Source of the DNA: Felis catus
Lineage: Eukaryota
Direction: 5' to 3'
Length of the DNA stretch: 64,000 nt
NCBI RefSeq assembly: GCF_018350175.1
Contig: NC_058368.1
Coordinates: 237,896,001-237,960,000, forward strand
This document shows, piece by piece, positions 1 through 12,730 of this stretch (positions are counted from its first letter, which is position 1; every line of letters begins with the position of its first letter). The translations under genes were made by a program, and so were the position numbers. Under the pieces are notes generated by a model, which saw only the letters and a list, made by a program, of their open reading frames with translations, had not been told where the DNA came from and searched no databases.

Positions 1-1054
1 TTTCGTTTAAAGCAGACGTAAGCGAGAGATTCAAAACAGCCATGCTAGGTGCTTAGGGCTCCCTTCTCTGCAAGGAAAACCTAGCCCCGTGACTTTACCA
101 GCCAGGTCAGGGAGGGAAGCCATCCCGCAGAGGGGAGGCCCTCCCTGTTCGTTCATTCACTAATACCTGCTTTCCCTAGCAAACCTCACAGACAGGCGCA
201 CCTGCCTCGGCCCCTGGAGCTCCGTGTGGGAGGCCCCCTGCGCACGGCCAGTGGGCTCCCGCCAGCAGCCGGGCTGCTAGCCTCACCAGGGACAGGGGGG
301 CTTCTGACCCAGGCAGGCCTGACTCCAGGAGGGCATCTTGCCCAGGGCTGGTGACCCTGGTGTGGGAGCCACAGCCCCTGTGCTCAAAACGAGTCGAGGT
401 GCGTGTGGCCAGAAAGGGGATGCGGAACGTAAAGGCCACAGGCTCGAAGCCCCTGCCCACACCCAGGGCGAGACCCCCAGGGTTACAGTGGGGAGCTCAC
501 ACCCCAGAGACACACCGAGACCCCGCAGGCACGCTTCTCGGTGGCCCAGGGCTCCACTAGCCCTCGGGAAGTGTCAGGGGATGTGACTGGGCGTCCAGGC
601 CAACCAAGTACCGCCCCCGCGGGCTGCCCTCCAGGACGGAGGAGGAGGGACAGGGCAACAACAGGGCTCTGCCCCTCCTCCCGCCCAGCACCCCAGCGGC
701 CCAGCTCCAGCCTGCCGGGAGCCCCTATCTGGAAGAAAATCACGGCTCCACAGCGAACCCAAGGGTGAGCAGAGAAGGTGCTTGTGCTTTCAGACGGGGC
801 GGGAGCACACACAGAGAGAGGAAGGGGCTGGGCACAGGTGTGAGCTTGGCCAGCCTTTTGGGGAGAGGCCCGGGCACGAGTCTCAGGCACCTGTTGTCCC
901 CTTGCTCCTCAGGCAGCAAGCCTTGGGGGTGGGGGGTCCAATGTGGGGTCCAGCTCTCCTGGAAGAGCTCTCTGGGAAGGGCGGTGTGCGCGTGCAGTCA
1001 GAAGCTTCGGTGAGCACTCTTCCTCCTGCGTTTCTTCCTCTTGCACACTCAAGG

Positions 1055-1535
1055 GTAGGGGGGGAGTTGGAGGGAAGGGAATGAAGTGGGGGGAGGGGAG
1101 GAAGGGCTGGGGAGGAAGGAGGGAGGGAGGAAGAGTGGGAGAGAGGCAGGAGGGGAAGGAGAGGGAGAGGACCAGGAAGAGGGGGGAGCGGTAGGAGGAG
1201 GGGGAGGGGGAGGAGGGGGAGGAGGAGGACAGGAGGAAGGGGAGAGGAGGAAGGAGGGGGAGACCAGAAGGAGGGGGGAGGGGGAGGAGGAGGAGGAGGA
1301 AGAGGGGGAAGGGGAGGGGGAGGAGGAGGAAGAGGCAGAAGGGGAGAGGGAGGAGGAGGGGGAGGAGGGGGAGGAGGAGGACACGAGGAAGGGGAGAGGA
1401 GGAAGGAGGGGGAGACCAGGAGGAGGGGGAGGAGAGGGAGAGGACCAGGAAGAGGAGGGAGGGGGATGAGCGGGAGGAGGAGGACAGGACGAGGGCGAGA
1501 GGAGGAAGGAGCGGGAGACCGGGAGGAGGGGGAGG
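1055..1535. repeat. GA-rich polypurine low-complexity repeat ((GGA)n/(GGGGA)n-like)
   Basis: Almost pure G/A on the + strand, with an internal near-duplication (1221-1277 vs 1373-1429). Confidence 0.95.
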
Positions 1536-4500
1536 AGTTCTCCCCCGCAGCACTTGGATGGTCTGGAGACCAGTCTCCCTATTTGGGAAAAGTGACTCGA
1601 GGAGTCCGTAAAACACATGGGGCCTCCTCTCTGGGACAAGCGCAGAGAAAGGGAGCAGAGAGGGCGGGTCGGAGGCTCAGGGACCCACAGCCGAGGTCGC
1701 CAGGACTCAGTGGCCCCTCAGAGCTGCTGTTCCTGCGAGCTGAGCCGCACCGAAGGTTCGAGGCTGCAGGTGGGGGCTGGGCAGGGGCGGCTCCTTGGAA
1801 GGGTGCTCCCTGAGTGCGCTTTGCCGGCCAGACGCCCCTCGTTCTGATAGTCGACACCGTGTGCAGAGAGGCTTTGTCTGGCGGGCCTAAGATGCTCGCC
1901 TCGATCTGTTATTAAAGGAGAAACCCATGACACTGAACTCCCGGCCACACCGTACGTACGAGTCTAGGATTTCTGTCGGGGGGGGTGGCTCACAGCACGG
2001 CTCCCGGAGTGTGGACCCTTCCCCTCCACAAGCAGAGAGAGAAGTCCTTCCTGAACCCTCGCCCCAAGTCCCCCGGCCCCACGGATACAAGGCCCCCAGG
2101 TGGCCTGGCCCGGGGTCCTCAGCTCTGGCAGGAGGCCCCTCAGCGGGTCTGAGGAGTAAACACAATGGATATTGCTCGTGACATGTCTGGAACGTGTGTC
2201 CCTCTTGTATCTGGAGAGGACACGGGGCCTTCTGGGCCTCTCTGAGCCCTGCTTCATTTTTAATGACTGTCCCTGGACGGCAGGCTGAGCAAGATGTTGT
2301 CGCCTCTGCGGATTTTACCCCTGATCAAACACAGGCTGGCATCTATTCTGGACTTGCGGGCCCCCCCGGACACCGGCTGAGGGTCTGGGGCAGAGAAGGG
2401 GCCTGATCCCCTCCCTCCCCAGCCCCCGCCTCTGCGGAGGACAGCCGGCTGGCCGAAAGGTCCCCCTCCTCTCCACTTGTCACTGGCAAGGAGGGGGCAT
2501 TCCCAGTTTGTGGACTCATGTTCCAAGCCGGTTGCGGACCCATTTGTACACGCCTCAGATTCTGACCCAGGTGTGTGGGTCCAAGGGCGTTGAAGTCACC
2601 CTTCCTCCGGGGCGCTGACCCGCGGCCACCCCAGACACGCGGGCACCTGCCCCCAACCCACAAAGAGGCCAGGAGAGACGTCTTAGAGCGTTCAGATTAA
2701 GCTTTTAAAACCCTGATCAGAAACTCCGGAGCTGGGGCCACACGGGTGCACAGCTCTCTGAAGCCCAGGGCCACGCCGCACCCGGCCTGACGTGAATAAA
2801 CATCGCGGGGCCTCGGGGCCCCCTCCCCGCCGGCCAGCGAGCCCTCCCTCAGCCCGGGTGCACATGCAGACACGGCGTGGGAGACTCCGGAGCGGAGGTG
2901 TGGACGGAGAGGCGAGGAGGGGCCACGCAGGCACAGGGGTCCCCGAGTCTGAAACAGGAAAGTGTTTTATTTTCCACCCTCAACCGAGAAAATCAACGGG
3001 GAGTGAAAAGTGCAGACAGGTGGGGGCGCAGAGGGGCTCCCCCAGCAGCCGCCGGGGGCACCCGCCATCCCTGTCTCTTGGTCGAAGCCGCTCTGAAGGT
3101 AACCCGGCATTTGCACCCCTCTCCTATCTGCGGATGCCCCCCTTCGGCCAGAAAGCCCCAGCCCCGTGGGGCTCTGTCTCCGGCCACGAGGCCCTCACCC
3201 GTCCTCCAGGTGCCACGGACCTGCCTCCCCAGGGGAGTGGGGCCCATGGCGGGCCAGGCCCAAGCGGGAAGGGGTGCCCTCTTTGCGGACATCTGACGGG
3301 GTGGCGAGGGCCGGGAGCTTCACACTGTGACTTTCGGGCTGTGGGGTGGCGGACGATTCCATCCCTCGCTGGGCCGGGCCCTACGGGGTGGGCTCACGGG
3401 GCACCGGCACCTGCCGGCTGAGACTCACACGTGCTCTCGGGCTGCCTGGGTCCCGCTGGTTCTTGGAGCCCCAGACGGGTCCCCGCTCTGGCTCTGTGAC
3501 CACCTGCCTGCGTCCGGAGCCCAGGGCCCCTGCTTCTGCCTCTGCTGCCCCTGCCTGCATGGACGTGCTGAGCTCCAGCCTGGTCTCAGGGGCCGCTGCT
3601 CACGGGAGACTGCGTGGGCTTCCTGATGGCTGACACGTAGGCCGCACCCCAACCCCGCTGTCCTCACCCAGGGTCCCCCCAGCTCTTCAGAGTCTGCCTT
3701 AGACAGAAGCCTCCTGCCAGGCAGGCCCTCCAGCCACCGTCTCCTGACAAGGGGGACCCTGGGCCGTCCCCAGCCCTCCCGAAACGCAGGTCACTGAGCA
3801 GTGGTCTCCTAACCGTCCCTGGCTTACACGGAGGAGACTCAGGCGTGGGTGCCGGGGACCCTGAGCCCTCGAGGCGCAGGCCAGGCAGGTCTGAGGGCAG
3901 CTGCACTCCATCCTGGCCCTTTGCCCTCAACTGCACACCTTCTTAACCTGCCTCCAGTCTGTGCACCGACCCCGGTTCAGGGTGCCTTCCCTTAACACGT
4001 GGGACGTTTTCTCATCGTGCAGGGCCCTGTCCTGGCATAAACAAGGTGACTGCAGAGGACGGGTGGCTTTGGGGGGACCTTGGACTCGTGCCTCCCTCCC
4101 CAAAGTCAAGGTGGGATGGGAAGCCCGCCCTTCCTCCCTGCCTACACACTTTGTTTCCGCTCTGTCTCTTCCAGTTAAACACAAAAGCAAAAGAAGGAAA
4201 ACGCTGAGCGTGTCAGGGACCGTAGAAGCTGGGCACACACACCGGGATCGCGTCGTCCGCTGCGGAACGGTGGGGTGTCCCCAGCCCTGCCCTCCTTTGT
4301 GGCCACTGCAGGGGGAAAAGGGCCTGTGAGCCCTTGGAACCGCAGAGGGGCAGGCGGCTACCCCAGGATTCGGGGAAATGAGCTTTGATGACGCGAGAAG
4401 GTCCTTCACCCACATGGCTCAGAAGGACACAAAAGACAAGTAACTCGAGGGCCGGGAGCAAGTGGGCAGACACCGTCCTCAGGGCTGTTTCCGTCCTTCC

Positions 4501-4789
4501 AGTGCTCAGGGGCGTCCAGAAGAGACCGGCCCCGGGAGGGAGCACGCCAGGCCACGGACAGGGGTTTGCACAGAGCACACTTTCCACCCACCGCATGGCC
4601 ACCAGCCCCGTCCAGCGGGCGCGCCTGCTCCCGACGCACCCGGGGCGGGGCAGACGGCCACTCTGTCCTTGCCAGCTCTGCTCTTAACCCCAGCCAGCCC
4701 TGGGCCCCATCCCCAGCTGAGGAGACGAGTCCCCCCAGGCCCTGCTGGCCACGACCCCACACAGCCCAGCACCCCTCTGGAACACAGCC

Positions 4790-4990
4790 AGGCCACGTGT
4801 GTCCTGGGCACCCCACGCCCGTCACACCCGCCCCCACGCCCAACCCACGTGTAGCCCACATGCCCCATACCCCACCCACACTGCACAGGCCCCCATACAC
4901 ACCCCCACACCCCTCCCACATTCCTCATGCACCCCTGCTCCGCACACAGGAGTGGTCTACCCTCACCACGATACCCAACACACGTCCCCC
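4790..4990. repeat. C/A-rich low-complexity tract
   Basis: Recurring cccac/cacac motifs with no clean period. Confidence 0.6.
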
Positions 4991-5592
4991 CAAAAATGTT
5001 GACTTTTCAGGTCGCCTCTTTTCCACCAGGGAAGGACGTGTCTGCTCAGAGGCAAGAGCCCAGGGCACCTTATGAATATGTTGCAGGGGCCTGGGGCCTT
5101 TCCCTGGCCCTGGAGGAGAGGCAAACAGAGGCACCACGGTCACTGCCAGGGAGCAGGAGGCGGGGAGAGGTGTCACGGGAGAGGGCACACACCATGAACT
5201 CCAACACAAGTGAGCAGGCCCACCTGCCCTTGGAGAGCTCTTGGCTCCCATGGTTTTAGACTCTGTAGTGTATACAGCAGGTGTCATTTACTGCTGTTTA
5301 CTTTATCAATTGTCTCATAAAACATGTCAGTCTTCTTTTCTCCATACAACAGAATCTGAATCTAACCCAGATATTATTCTAAAATTATATTTTAATAACT
5401 TACTTAATCTGAGGGGGTCTGTTTCTCCCTTTTCTCTAAGTGAGGAAAAAACTCATCGGCGTGGGTGGGCAATGCCCCTCACCCTCCCTGACATCCCCAT
5501 TGGTCTTGGCTCCTTCGTAGCTGAAGCATCCGTCCAGGGCTAACGATGTCTTATGCAAGGACATGGAAGTGAGTGCCACCAGATGAGCAGGA

Positions 5593-6320
5593 CCCACCCA
5601 CCCACCTACCCACTCACCTACCCATCCACCCATCCATCCATCCACCGACCCATCCACTCACCTAACCATCTACCCACCTACCCATCCACCCACCTACCCA
5701 CTCACCTAACTACCCACCTACCCATCCACCCATCCACCCACCCACCTACTGACCTACCCATCTGCCCATCCATCCATCCACCCATCCATCCACCCACCCA
5801 TGCACTCACCTAACCATCCACCCACCTACCCATCCACCCACTCACCTACCCACCTTCCCGTCCATCCATCCACCCACCCATCCACTCACCTAACCATCCA
5901 CCCACCTACCCATCCACCCACCAATCTGCCCGTCCATTCATCCATCTATCAACCCACCTGTCCTTCCATGTACCCACGCATCCACCACTCATTCACTGTC
6001 CCACCCAACTAGCCATTCAACCATCTATGTATGCCTCTACTCACTAGCCCATCCTTCGATGCACGCACTCATCCGCCCATCCATCCATCCAGTCATCAAC
6101 CCACCATCCATACACCATCCATGCACCCACCTACTCACACACCCAGGTACCCATCTATAAATCCACCCACCCACCCATCCACCCACCCACCCACCCATCC
6201 ATCCATCCACCCACCCATCCACTCACCTACCCGTCCACCCACCCATCCATCCACCCACCCACCATTCATTCATCCATACATACACCCACCCACCCACCAT
6301 CTGTCCATCTACTCACCCAC
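5593..6320. repeat. (CCAT)n/(CCAC)n degenerate tetranucleotide simple repeat
   Basis: About 730 bp of ccatccacccacccacctacccactcacc variants. Confidence 0.95.
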
Positions 6321-7089
6321 TTAGAAACTTCCGCCAAAAAACAGAATTGCTGGTTTACCTATGACATTCCCACACCTGTTCCTTTGTCCAGGTGACCGGA
6401 TGGGTGCCTTGCAGTGAGCGGAGAATGCTGCCAGCAGTGTGGAGAGAACAGGAAGGAAGAGGGAACTGTTTCCCCGCCCCTTCCCTCAAAGGACGCCAGG
6501 GGTCTGCTCTTCCACGAGCTCGAGACATCCATTCCTCTTGTGTGGAAGGAATCAGAATCAGAATCAGGGTGGGTTGTTTCCATTGTGCAACACAAAGAAG
6601 TTACTGGAGGTGAAATTGGCAACGTGCTCCGCCAGGACCACAGGGGTCTGCCTGCTGACCCTCAATGAACACTCGGAGTCCCCATTTTCATAATGGACCC
6701 AGTGGCTTTGTGTCTAATTAGATTCATCTGAGAATTGACATAACCTTTGACATTCAAATACTGAATGCAATGATGTTCCCTGTTATTTCTACCCATGAGG
6801 TTCAATGTAGTCCTCAAAGTAAATAAATAAGTCACCCGCAGTCCAGGTCAGTGATCTCCATGGACCTATTGAGCTGTGGGGGACCCCCAGTTACTGACAT
6901 CAGAGCGGGAGGCAATCACCTGAGAGCCTTAGAGTCGATGACAGACGCCAGGCTGGGGACTTCTGAGGCTCCCACACTGAGCCCCGAGCAGGCACCGTCC
7001 CCTACCTGGTGTCAGACCCCGGCCCTAAGTGGTTCTGAACTGAACACAGCATCTGGTCACTTCTGGGGACGGTGGCAGGAGGAAGGGCC

Positions 7090-7470
7090 GGTGCATAATT
7101 TAATTGCTTTTCCTTCCTCCCTCAGGTCTGCATATTATATTATATTGAAAAGTAATTATGCAGCGAAAGTAAAATGTCACCCAGGCGCTGTCTGGGAACG
7201 GCAGCCCAGATGTGAATCATTCTCTGCGCACCTCTCCTCGGTCACACGCCACGGCGAGTGCTCTCGTGCGGGTGTATTTATGCACACGAGATGAGATTTG
7301 CTGGGTTTTGTGTTTTTCCTTTCCCCTTGCAGCATCTCGATCCCAAGCTGAGTTGCCTTGTTGGCAATGATTGATTACCCAATATCTAATTAAACCTGAT
7401 CCAATCACTTATTATGCAGAGAGGAACAAACAAACTGAAGGCGGCTGTCAGCACAGTGATTGATGACGCG
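7090..7470. promoter_or_regulatory. Candidate conserved non-coding enhancer with Pbx-Hox and Meis motifs
   Basis: AT-rich non-repeat island; TGATTGATTA at 7368, CTGTCA at 7445, TGATTGATGA at 7457, several TAAT/ATTA cores. Confidence 0.5.
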
Positions 7471-8648
7471 GCCAACCCGGCTTCTGTGGCTCTCGATGTC
7501 CCGACGCTTGTTACAACCAGGCAAAGCCGCGCTGGACCAAGCACCTGTCACTCCGGCGACTGCACCACCCGGCCACCCTCCCCTTCGTCCGAGTGAACTT
7601 TCAGCGGAGAAGTAAACGGGGGCGGGGGGCCCACGTTACTGAGGCCTGATGACATTCCGTTCGGGTTAGTTCCATAATGAGGTCAAAGTCCTGCCAAACA
7701 GTGTCCTTAAGTGGCAGAGTGTGGAGAGGCCACGGCAGACGTGCGTGTGCGGGAGGGAACCAGGCGGGCGGGAGCCCGGGCTCCGCCTGTGTGGGTTTGC
7801 TGCCGAGACACATGCGTCTGTGCCGTGCGTGTGCGTGTGTGACCGCGCGTGCCTGCGGGTGCACCGAGGGCCGCTCGGGTCCCGGGCGCGCAGGGAGGCG
7901 CCTCGGGGAGAGTGACAGACAGAGCATTAAGGCAGACCTCGCGGGGTAATAATTTCTTCTCTATTGTCTGCCAGGCGGGATTCCTCTTAGCAGCTCTCAT
8001 TTATAAATTTTTCAGTTTTAATGTTTTAATTATTTAAAATGCAAATAGGTTCAAGAAGAAAGCTGCAGAAAATACAAACTCCCTAAACAAATTCCCCTCT
8101 GAAGGGGCCTCGGGGCTGGGCAGGGGTCCCCCCGGGCCCGGGCTCTGTCCCGCCGCTGAGGGGTCGTGTCCCCCACACGTGCTCACACCCAAGGGAGTGT
8201 TCTGACGCCCGAGGGCAGGGGCCCCCAAGGTAGAGACCAGGCGAACACAATGGCGATGACCATGTTCTGAAACACGGAGATACTGTGCGGGCAGTGCCCC
8301 AACCACCTCTGCGTGATCTCTTGCACACTCACCTGCACACTCACACACCGAGGAGGGCGGGAGGAGCCACCTGGATGAACCCCTGGACGCTCGGGGTCTC
8401 ATGGGGTGACGGGAGGCCCCTTCCTCAGCTCTGAAACCATCTGTCCTTATAGAACCGTCTCGTCCTTATAGGCGAGACTGGCCTCGCTCTCCACACCCAA
8501 GGGGCAGGGCCGCAAGCTCAGCCCAGGGGCCCGCCAGGATCGGGGGCTGGGTGACCCCAAGTCCCTGAAGCTCCCACTCTTCACCATTGGGACCGGGGGG
8601 AGGGGTGGGTGTCGTCCCCGGTCCGCATGCCCTGCCCCCACGCACTGG

Positions 8649-8820
8649 CCTCAAGACCCCTCGCACAAGCCTCAGGACCCCCCCCACCACACGCACCCTC
8701 AGGACCCACCCGTCCCCCCCCCACGTGTGCACCGCCCTCAGGACCCCCACCCCACCCAGTGCACTGCCTTCAGGACTCCCCACCCACCCACAGCACGCAC
8801 CGCCCTTGGGACCCCCCTCC
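8649..8820. repeat. Degenerate C-rich minisatellite with core cctcaggaccc
   Basis: About 6 imperfect copies of cctcaggaccc separated by C/A-rich spacers. Confidence 0.7.
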
Positions 8821-9799
8821 CGACAGGCTGGTGTGCCCGCCCCCGGGGAGGAGGGCCGCCCGCCCATCCCGGCCGCAGGTGCAGTTCAAAGAGCGGCCTG
8901 GGGCCGAGTGTTCAAGTCACAGCCGCCATGGGTGCCAGCTCGCCCGCCCCTCCTGGAACTCGGGAAATCCCCAGACCTTCCCCGAGCCAAAGCTCTTCAT
9001 CGGTGACGTGGCAAGTTGTCCCCGGTGCCCAGGGGAGAGAAGACCGTGCAAGGGGCGCTCGTGAACTGGGGGTGTGCTAGGCGGGGGTCTCGGAGGGGGG
9101 GGCGGGGCTCCCGGCTCAGCCCCCCACCCCTCGTGTCCCCAGTATCACACGCTCATGTGGGGCACACGTGGGCTGGCAGTGGCTCGAAAGAGCCGCCCTT
9201 CCTCGTGTTAGGCGTGAACCACCGTGCAAAACACACGCGATGTCCTTTTTTTGTGGTTTTCCCATACTTCCCTAAGCTCCTCGGGGTGTGAAGTTTCCTG
9301 CCAGCACGTGGATCCGGATGAGCCTTGTCAGGCCACCTTCCGCCCACCCCTTCTCCCGGTGCCAGATCTCCCAGGCGTGACTCTCGCTGCAAACCTGGGC
9401 GGGACACCGACGGATTACAGGGCACAGACTATCCTTGTGAAAGTGCTCAGGGGCCGGCTAAGCGATCCGTGAGTTTGTCGGGATCCCAAGTCCAGTTTGC
9501 CCTCACCAGCCGGGGCCAGCTGCCCCCTTCTCAGGGAGCACAGCGTGGGGGTCCCAGCCCAGGCGGGCCTGTGAGGGCAGGCTCCCTGTTCTGTATCGTC
9601 CCTGCACCTGGTCTGCCAGGCGCCGAGGGGCCCAGGCTCGCTGCCTGCCCGCTCTAGGCCACAGGTGCCTGGGAGGTCGGGGCCGCAGGCCCAGGACGAG
9701 GCAGAGGGCTATCGAGGGAGGTGACTGTGGGGGGGGGGGGGTCCTTGGTGAAGGGCTTAGAGATAGAGCCACCTTGGACCCCCGTCAGGGGCTGGGGCT

Positions 9800-10505
9800 G
9801 CTCCGTCAAGAGAAGGAAGGGATCTCACCATTCCCAACAACGCAGGTGGACCCAGAGGGTGTTGTGCCAAATGAAATAAGTCAGGGAAAGACAAATACCC
9901 CGTGTTTCACGTATACGTGAAATCTAAAAAAACAAAGCAGATGAGCAAATAAAACAAAACCGAAACAGACCCATAAATGTAGAATAAACTAGTGGGCCCC
10001 CAACAGGAGGGAGGTGGGGGAAGGGTGGTCTAGGCGAGGGGGGTTAAGAGGCACACACTTCCAGTTACAAAATAAATAAGTCACGGGGAGGGGCGTCTGG
10101 GGGGCTCAGTCAGTTAAGGGACCCACTTCGGCTCAGGTCATGATCTCGCAGTTGGTGGGTTCGAGCCCCGCATGGGGCTCTGCGCTGAAGGCTCGGAGCC
10201 TGGAGCTGTTTCGGATTCTGTGTCTCCCTCTCTCTCTGCCCCTCCCCTGCTCATGCTCTGACTCTCTCTTTCTCTCAAAAATAAAGAAACAATAAAAAAT
10301 TTTTTTAATTAAAGAAATAAGTAAGTCACAGGGATGAAAATACAGCATGAGGACCGTGGCCAGACTATGGCACCAGCTCTGTGGTGGGTGGTGAGCAGAC
10401 GTACCACGGGCACCTGTGTGCAGGGGGTGGAGACCCCAACCTCTACGACGCCCACCTGAAACTCGTCACACAGTGTGTCGCTGGCAGTTCCGTAAACAAA
10501 ACAGA
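9800..10505 (+). mobile_element. LINE-1 3' end fragment (L1MA/L1_Carn-like), interrupted by a SINE
   Basis: ccattcccaacaacgcaggtggacccagagggtgttgtgccaaatgaaataagtcag...gacaaatacc...aatctaaaaaaacaaa matches the L1 ORF2-end/3'UTR pattern. It resumes after the SINE (taagtcacagggatgaaaatacagcat...cacctgaaact). Confidence 0.85.
10090..10314 (+). mobile_element. CAN-SINE (SINEC_Fc-type, tRNA-derived)
   Basis: ggggcgtctggggggctcagtcagttaag head, B-box gttcgagccc, (CT)n, A-rich tail. A 20-nt TSD with 2 mismatches lies at 10070-10089 and 10315-10334. Confidence 0.95.
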
Positions 10506-11189
10506 ACGAGGAAAACCTGCCTTGGCGAGCTGACCGGCAGGGGTGCAGCCACGGGGCGTGAGGGGGCCCGGTCCGCACCGAGAATCCTGGACGCCCGTGT
10601 TGGTGCTCAACGGGCTCCTCCCTGCCGTGTGGACAGGCACGTTCTGTAGGTGCTGAACTCAGACGGAAGCAGGCAGGGCAATGACTGCAGGTGCAGGGGT
10701 GAGTGTTCAGAACCGAGGTCGATCAGGTATCAGCAATGAGGTTAATTGTCCCGTCTTGTCTTGTCTTTGATTCTGAACTCCGGGAAATTTGTAGAATTTG
10801 TAGACAGGATGACAAAAGATGAGAAAGCTGTTGGCGACAGTAAACCGGGACCAGGGAGAGCGTGCTTCGGACCTGGGCGCAAACAGTGCGTGAGGCGTCT
10901 TGAGCCCCATCCCTGGAAGCGCCGGCCTCAGAATCACAAACAAACACAGACCGTGGCTGTCCCCCCGCCCCTTCCTGTTCACCGGGGGCAGCGCGGCCCG
11001 TCGAACACCCACGACCACGTGTTTAGATAAACTCAAGAGGGAGCCGGAAAAAGACATCAAGTGGGAAGCGAATGTGGCACTCGTGGCGTTGGAGACGGCG
11101 TGACGGAAGGACCAGGGCGTCCGTCCCCTCCGGACGCAGCCGAACGCGGCCCCCGAAAGGTGATCTCAGGCAGGCACTTATGGTGCTTT

Positions 11190-11510
11190 TGTCTATACCT
11201 TCTCTTCAATTAATCTCTAGAATTCGGTGTCTGATCCCCGTGACAGCAGCCTCTGGCTTCTTCAGAGTGACTGCCAAGGACAGATTATCTGACACATATC
11301 AAACAAGCAAGGAACGACGCTGGACAGCATTAATCAAAACTTTCTCATTTCCCGAAGAATTAAGCATTAAATAATTAATCCCAGCACTACAGGCAGCTGT
11401 AAAAGAGGCCTCGTGCCTCCCTGCTGGTAAGAATTTGTCCTTGTCTAAAAGACTAGATTGATATATTTATTATTTATCAGATTAATCACGGCCAGGAACA
11501 TTATAGATTG
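11190..11510. promoter_or_regulatory. Candidate conserved non-coding element, homeodomain-site rich
   Basis: AT-rich island with four TTAATC motifs, including TAATCC at 11376, and a TGACAG. Confidence 0.35.
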
Positions 11511-12664
11511 GCAGCCGGGCCCGGCCGGCGAGGGCGTCTGGCCCCTCTCTGCGCGGGAGGCCTTCCACAGAAGCGCCACACCAGGGGTCGGAGGGAAGCC
11601 ACTGGCCTCGCGCTTCCTGAGTTAGAGAGAAAGCTGTGCAAACATTATTTTTTAAAAGACCAGAAAGCAAGCAGAGGAGGAAGACAGCAGAAGAGGAGGA
11701 TGCCATCGAAGCGGGGCACAGGGCAGGCGGAGGGCGGGCGCAGGCCCCTGGGGACCCCGGGCTGGGCACGGGACCTCCCGCCCCTGTGCTCCAGCACGCA
11801 GGTATGAAAAGCGACACTCGCTTCCCCGGTCTCGGAAGGCCTTCGAGGACCGCTCCCCGTCTCCAGCCCACCCCTGGGACAGCCTGTCCCGCCTGTGTGG
11901 CTGCTACATGTCTACAAGCCTGGGTCACCAATCGGCCGGTGTCAGAAGCTTAGAGTCTTGAGGGGCTGAGCACATCAAACTTAAGACACTAATCGGAGCA
12001 GGAGGTTGGGAGAGAGATTTTCAGACTTCACAGCATACGATTTGGTGGTGATTCTAATTCTGTTGGAACCACCTTATTTCGTAAGAACAAGAGACTGCTG
12101 ATCAAGCCAAACCAAATGTTCAACTATTTCCACTTGACTTTGACCTACAGGGTCAGTCTGTGGAGACAGGGAAAGGATTTGTTTTTACGCACGTTATGCG
12201 AAGAAGAGCATTAATGTTTGAACCTCATGGTCTTTCACGGGTGTTTTAAGGAAGAAAGACGTCAATTTGTTCAAACGATTTGGACGCTGAGTGAATCAGT
12301 GTAAATGGGTTGCTGTTCTGCAGGACTGCTCAGAGCCTTTACAGGGCAGAGAAGTGTTTGGGGACTCTGGGTGGAGCGTCCCCAGCTGGAGCCCTGCACA
12401 AGCTCTCAGAGTCTCCCGCCGCCCTGGAGATGTCGGTCCCGGTAAACGTGGGTGTCTCAGGCTTTGTCTCTAGCGGCCCCTCCCCCATCCCCTGGCCAAG
12501 AGGCCGAGGCTGGCTCGCAGCCCGGTGGGGGGCTGGGGTGAGTCTCTCCACCTCTCGGTCTACTTCAGGATGGCCCGTCCTGACCGAAAGGCAACTATTA
12601 GCCTAGAGACGAGGAAGCCTCTCTTGGTCGAGTTAAATGACACATCTGTTGGGTGAGAGAGGGA

Positions 12665-12730
12665 GACTCCTCCCCTCTCCTCCCCTGTCCTCCCCTGTCC
12701 TCCCCTCTCCTCCCCTCTCCTCCCTCCCTC
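12665..12730. repeat. (CTCCC)n-like pyrimidine simple repeat
   Basis: ctcctcccct/gtcctcccct 10-mer repeated about 6 times. Confidence 0.85.

Noticed and set aside
909..1639. Glu/Gly-rich (RPGR-ORF15-like) and Pro/Ser/Leu-rich ORFs
   Set aside because: They are translations of the GA simple repeat with no flanking coding context.
10090..10170. tRNA-like A/B boxes at SINE heads
   Set aside because: They are part of tRNA-derived CAN-SINEs, not tRNA genes.
10746..11103. Protein-like peptides (KFVEFVDRMTKDEK; DKLKREPEKDIKWEANVALVALETA)
   Set aside because: Weak splice context and no recognised family.
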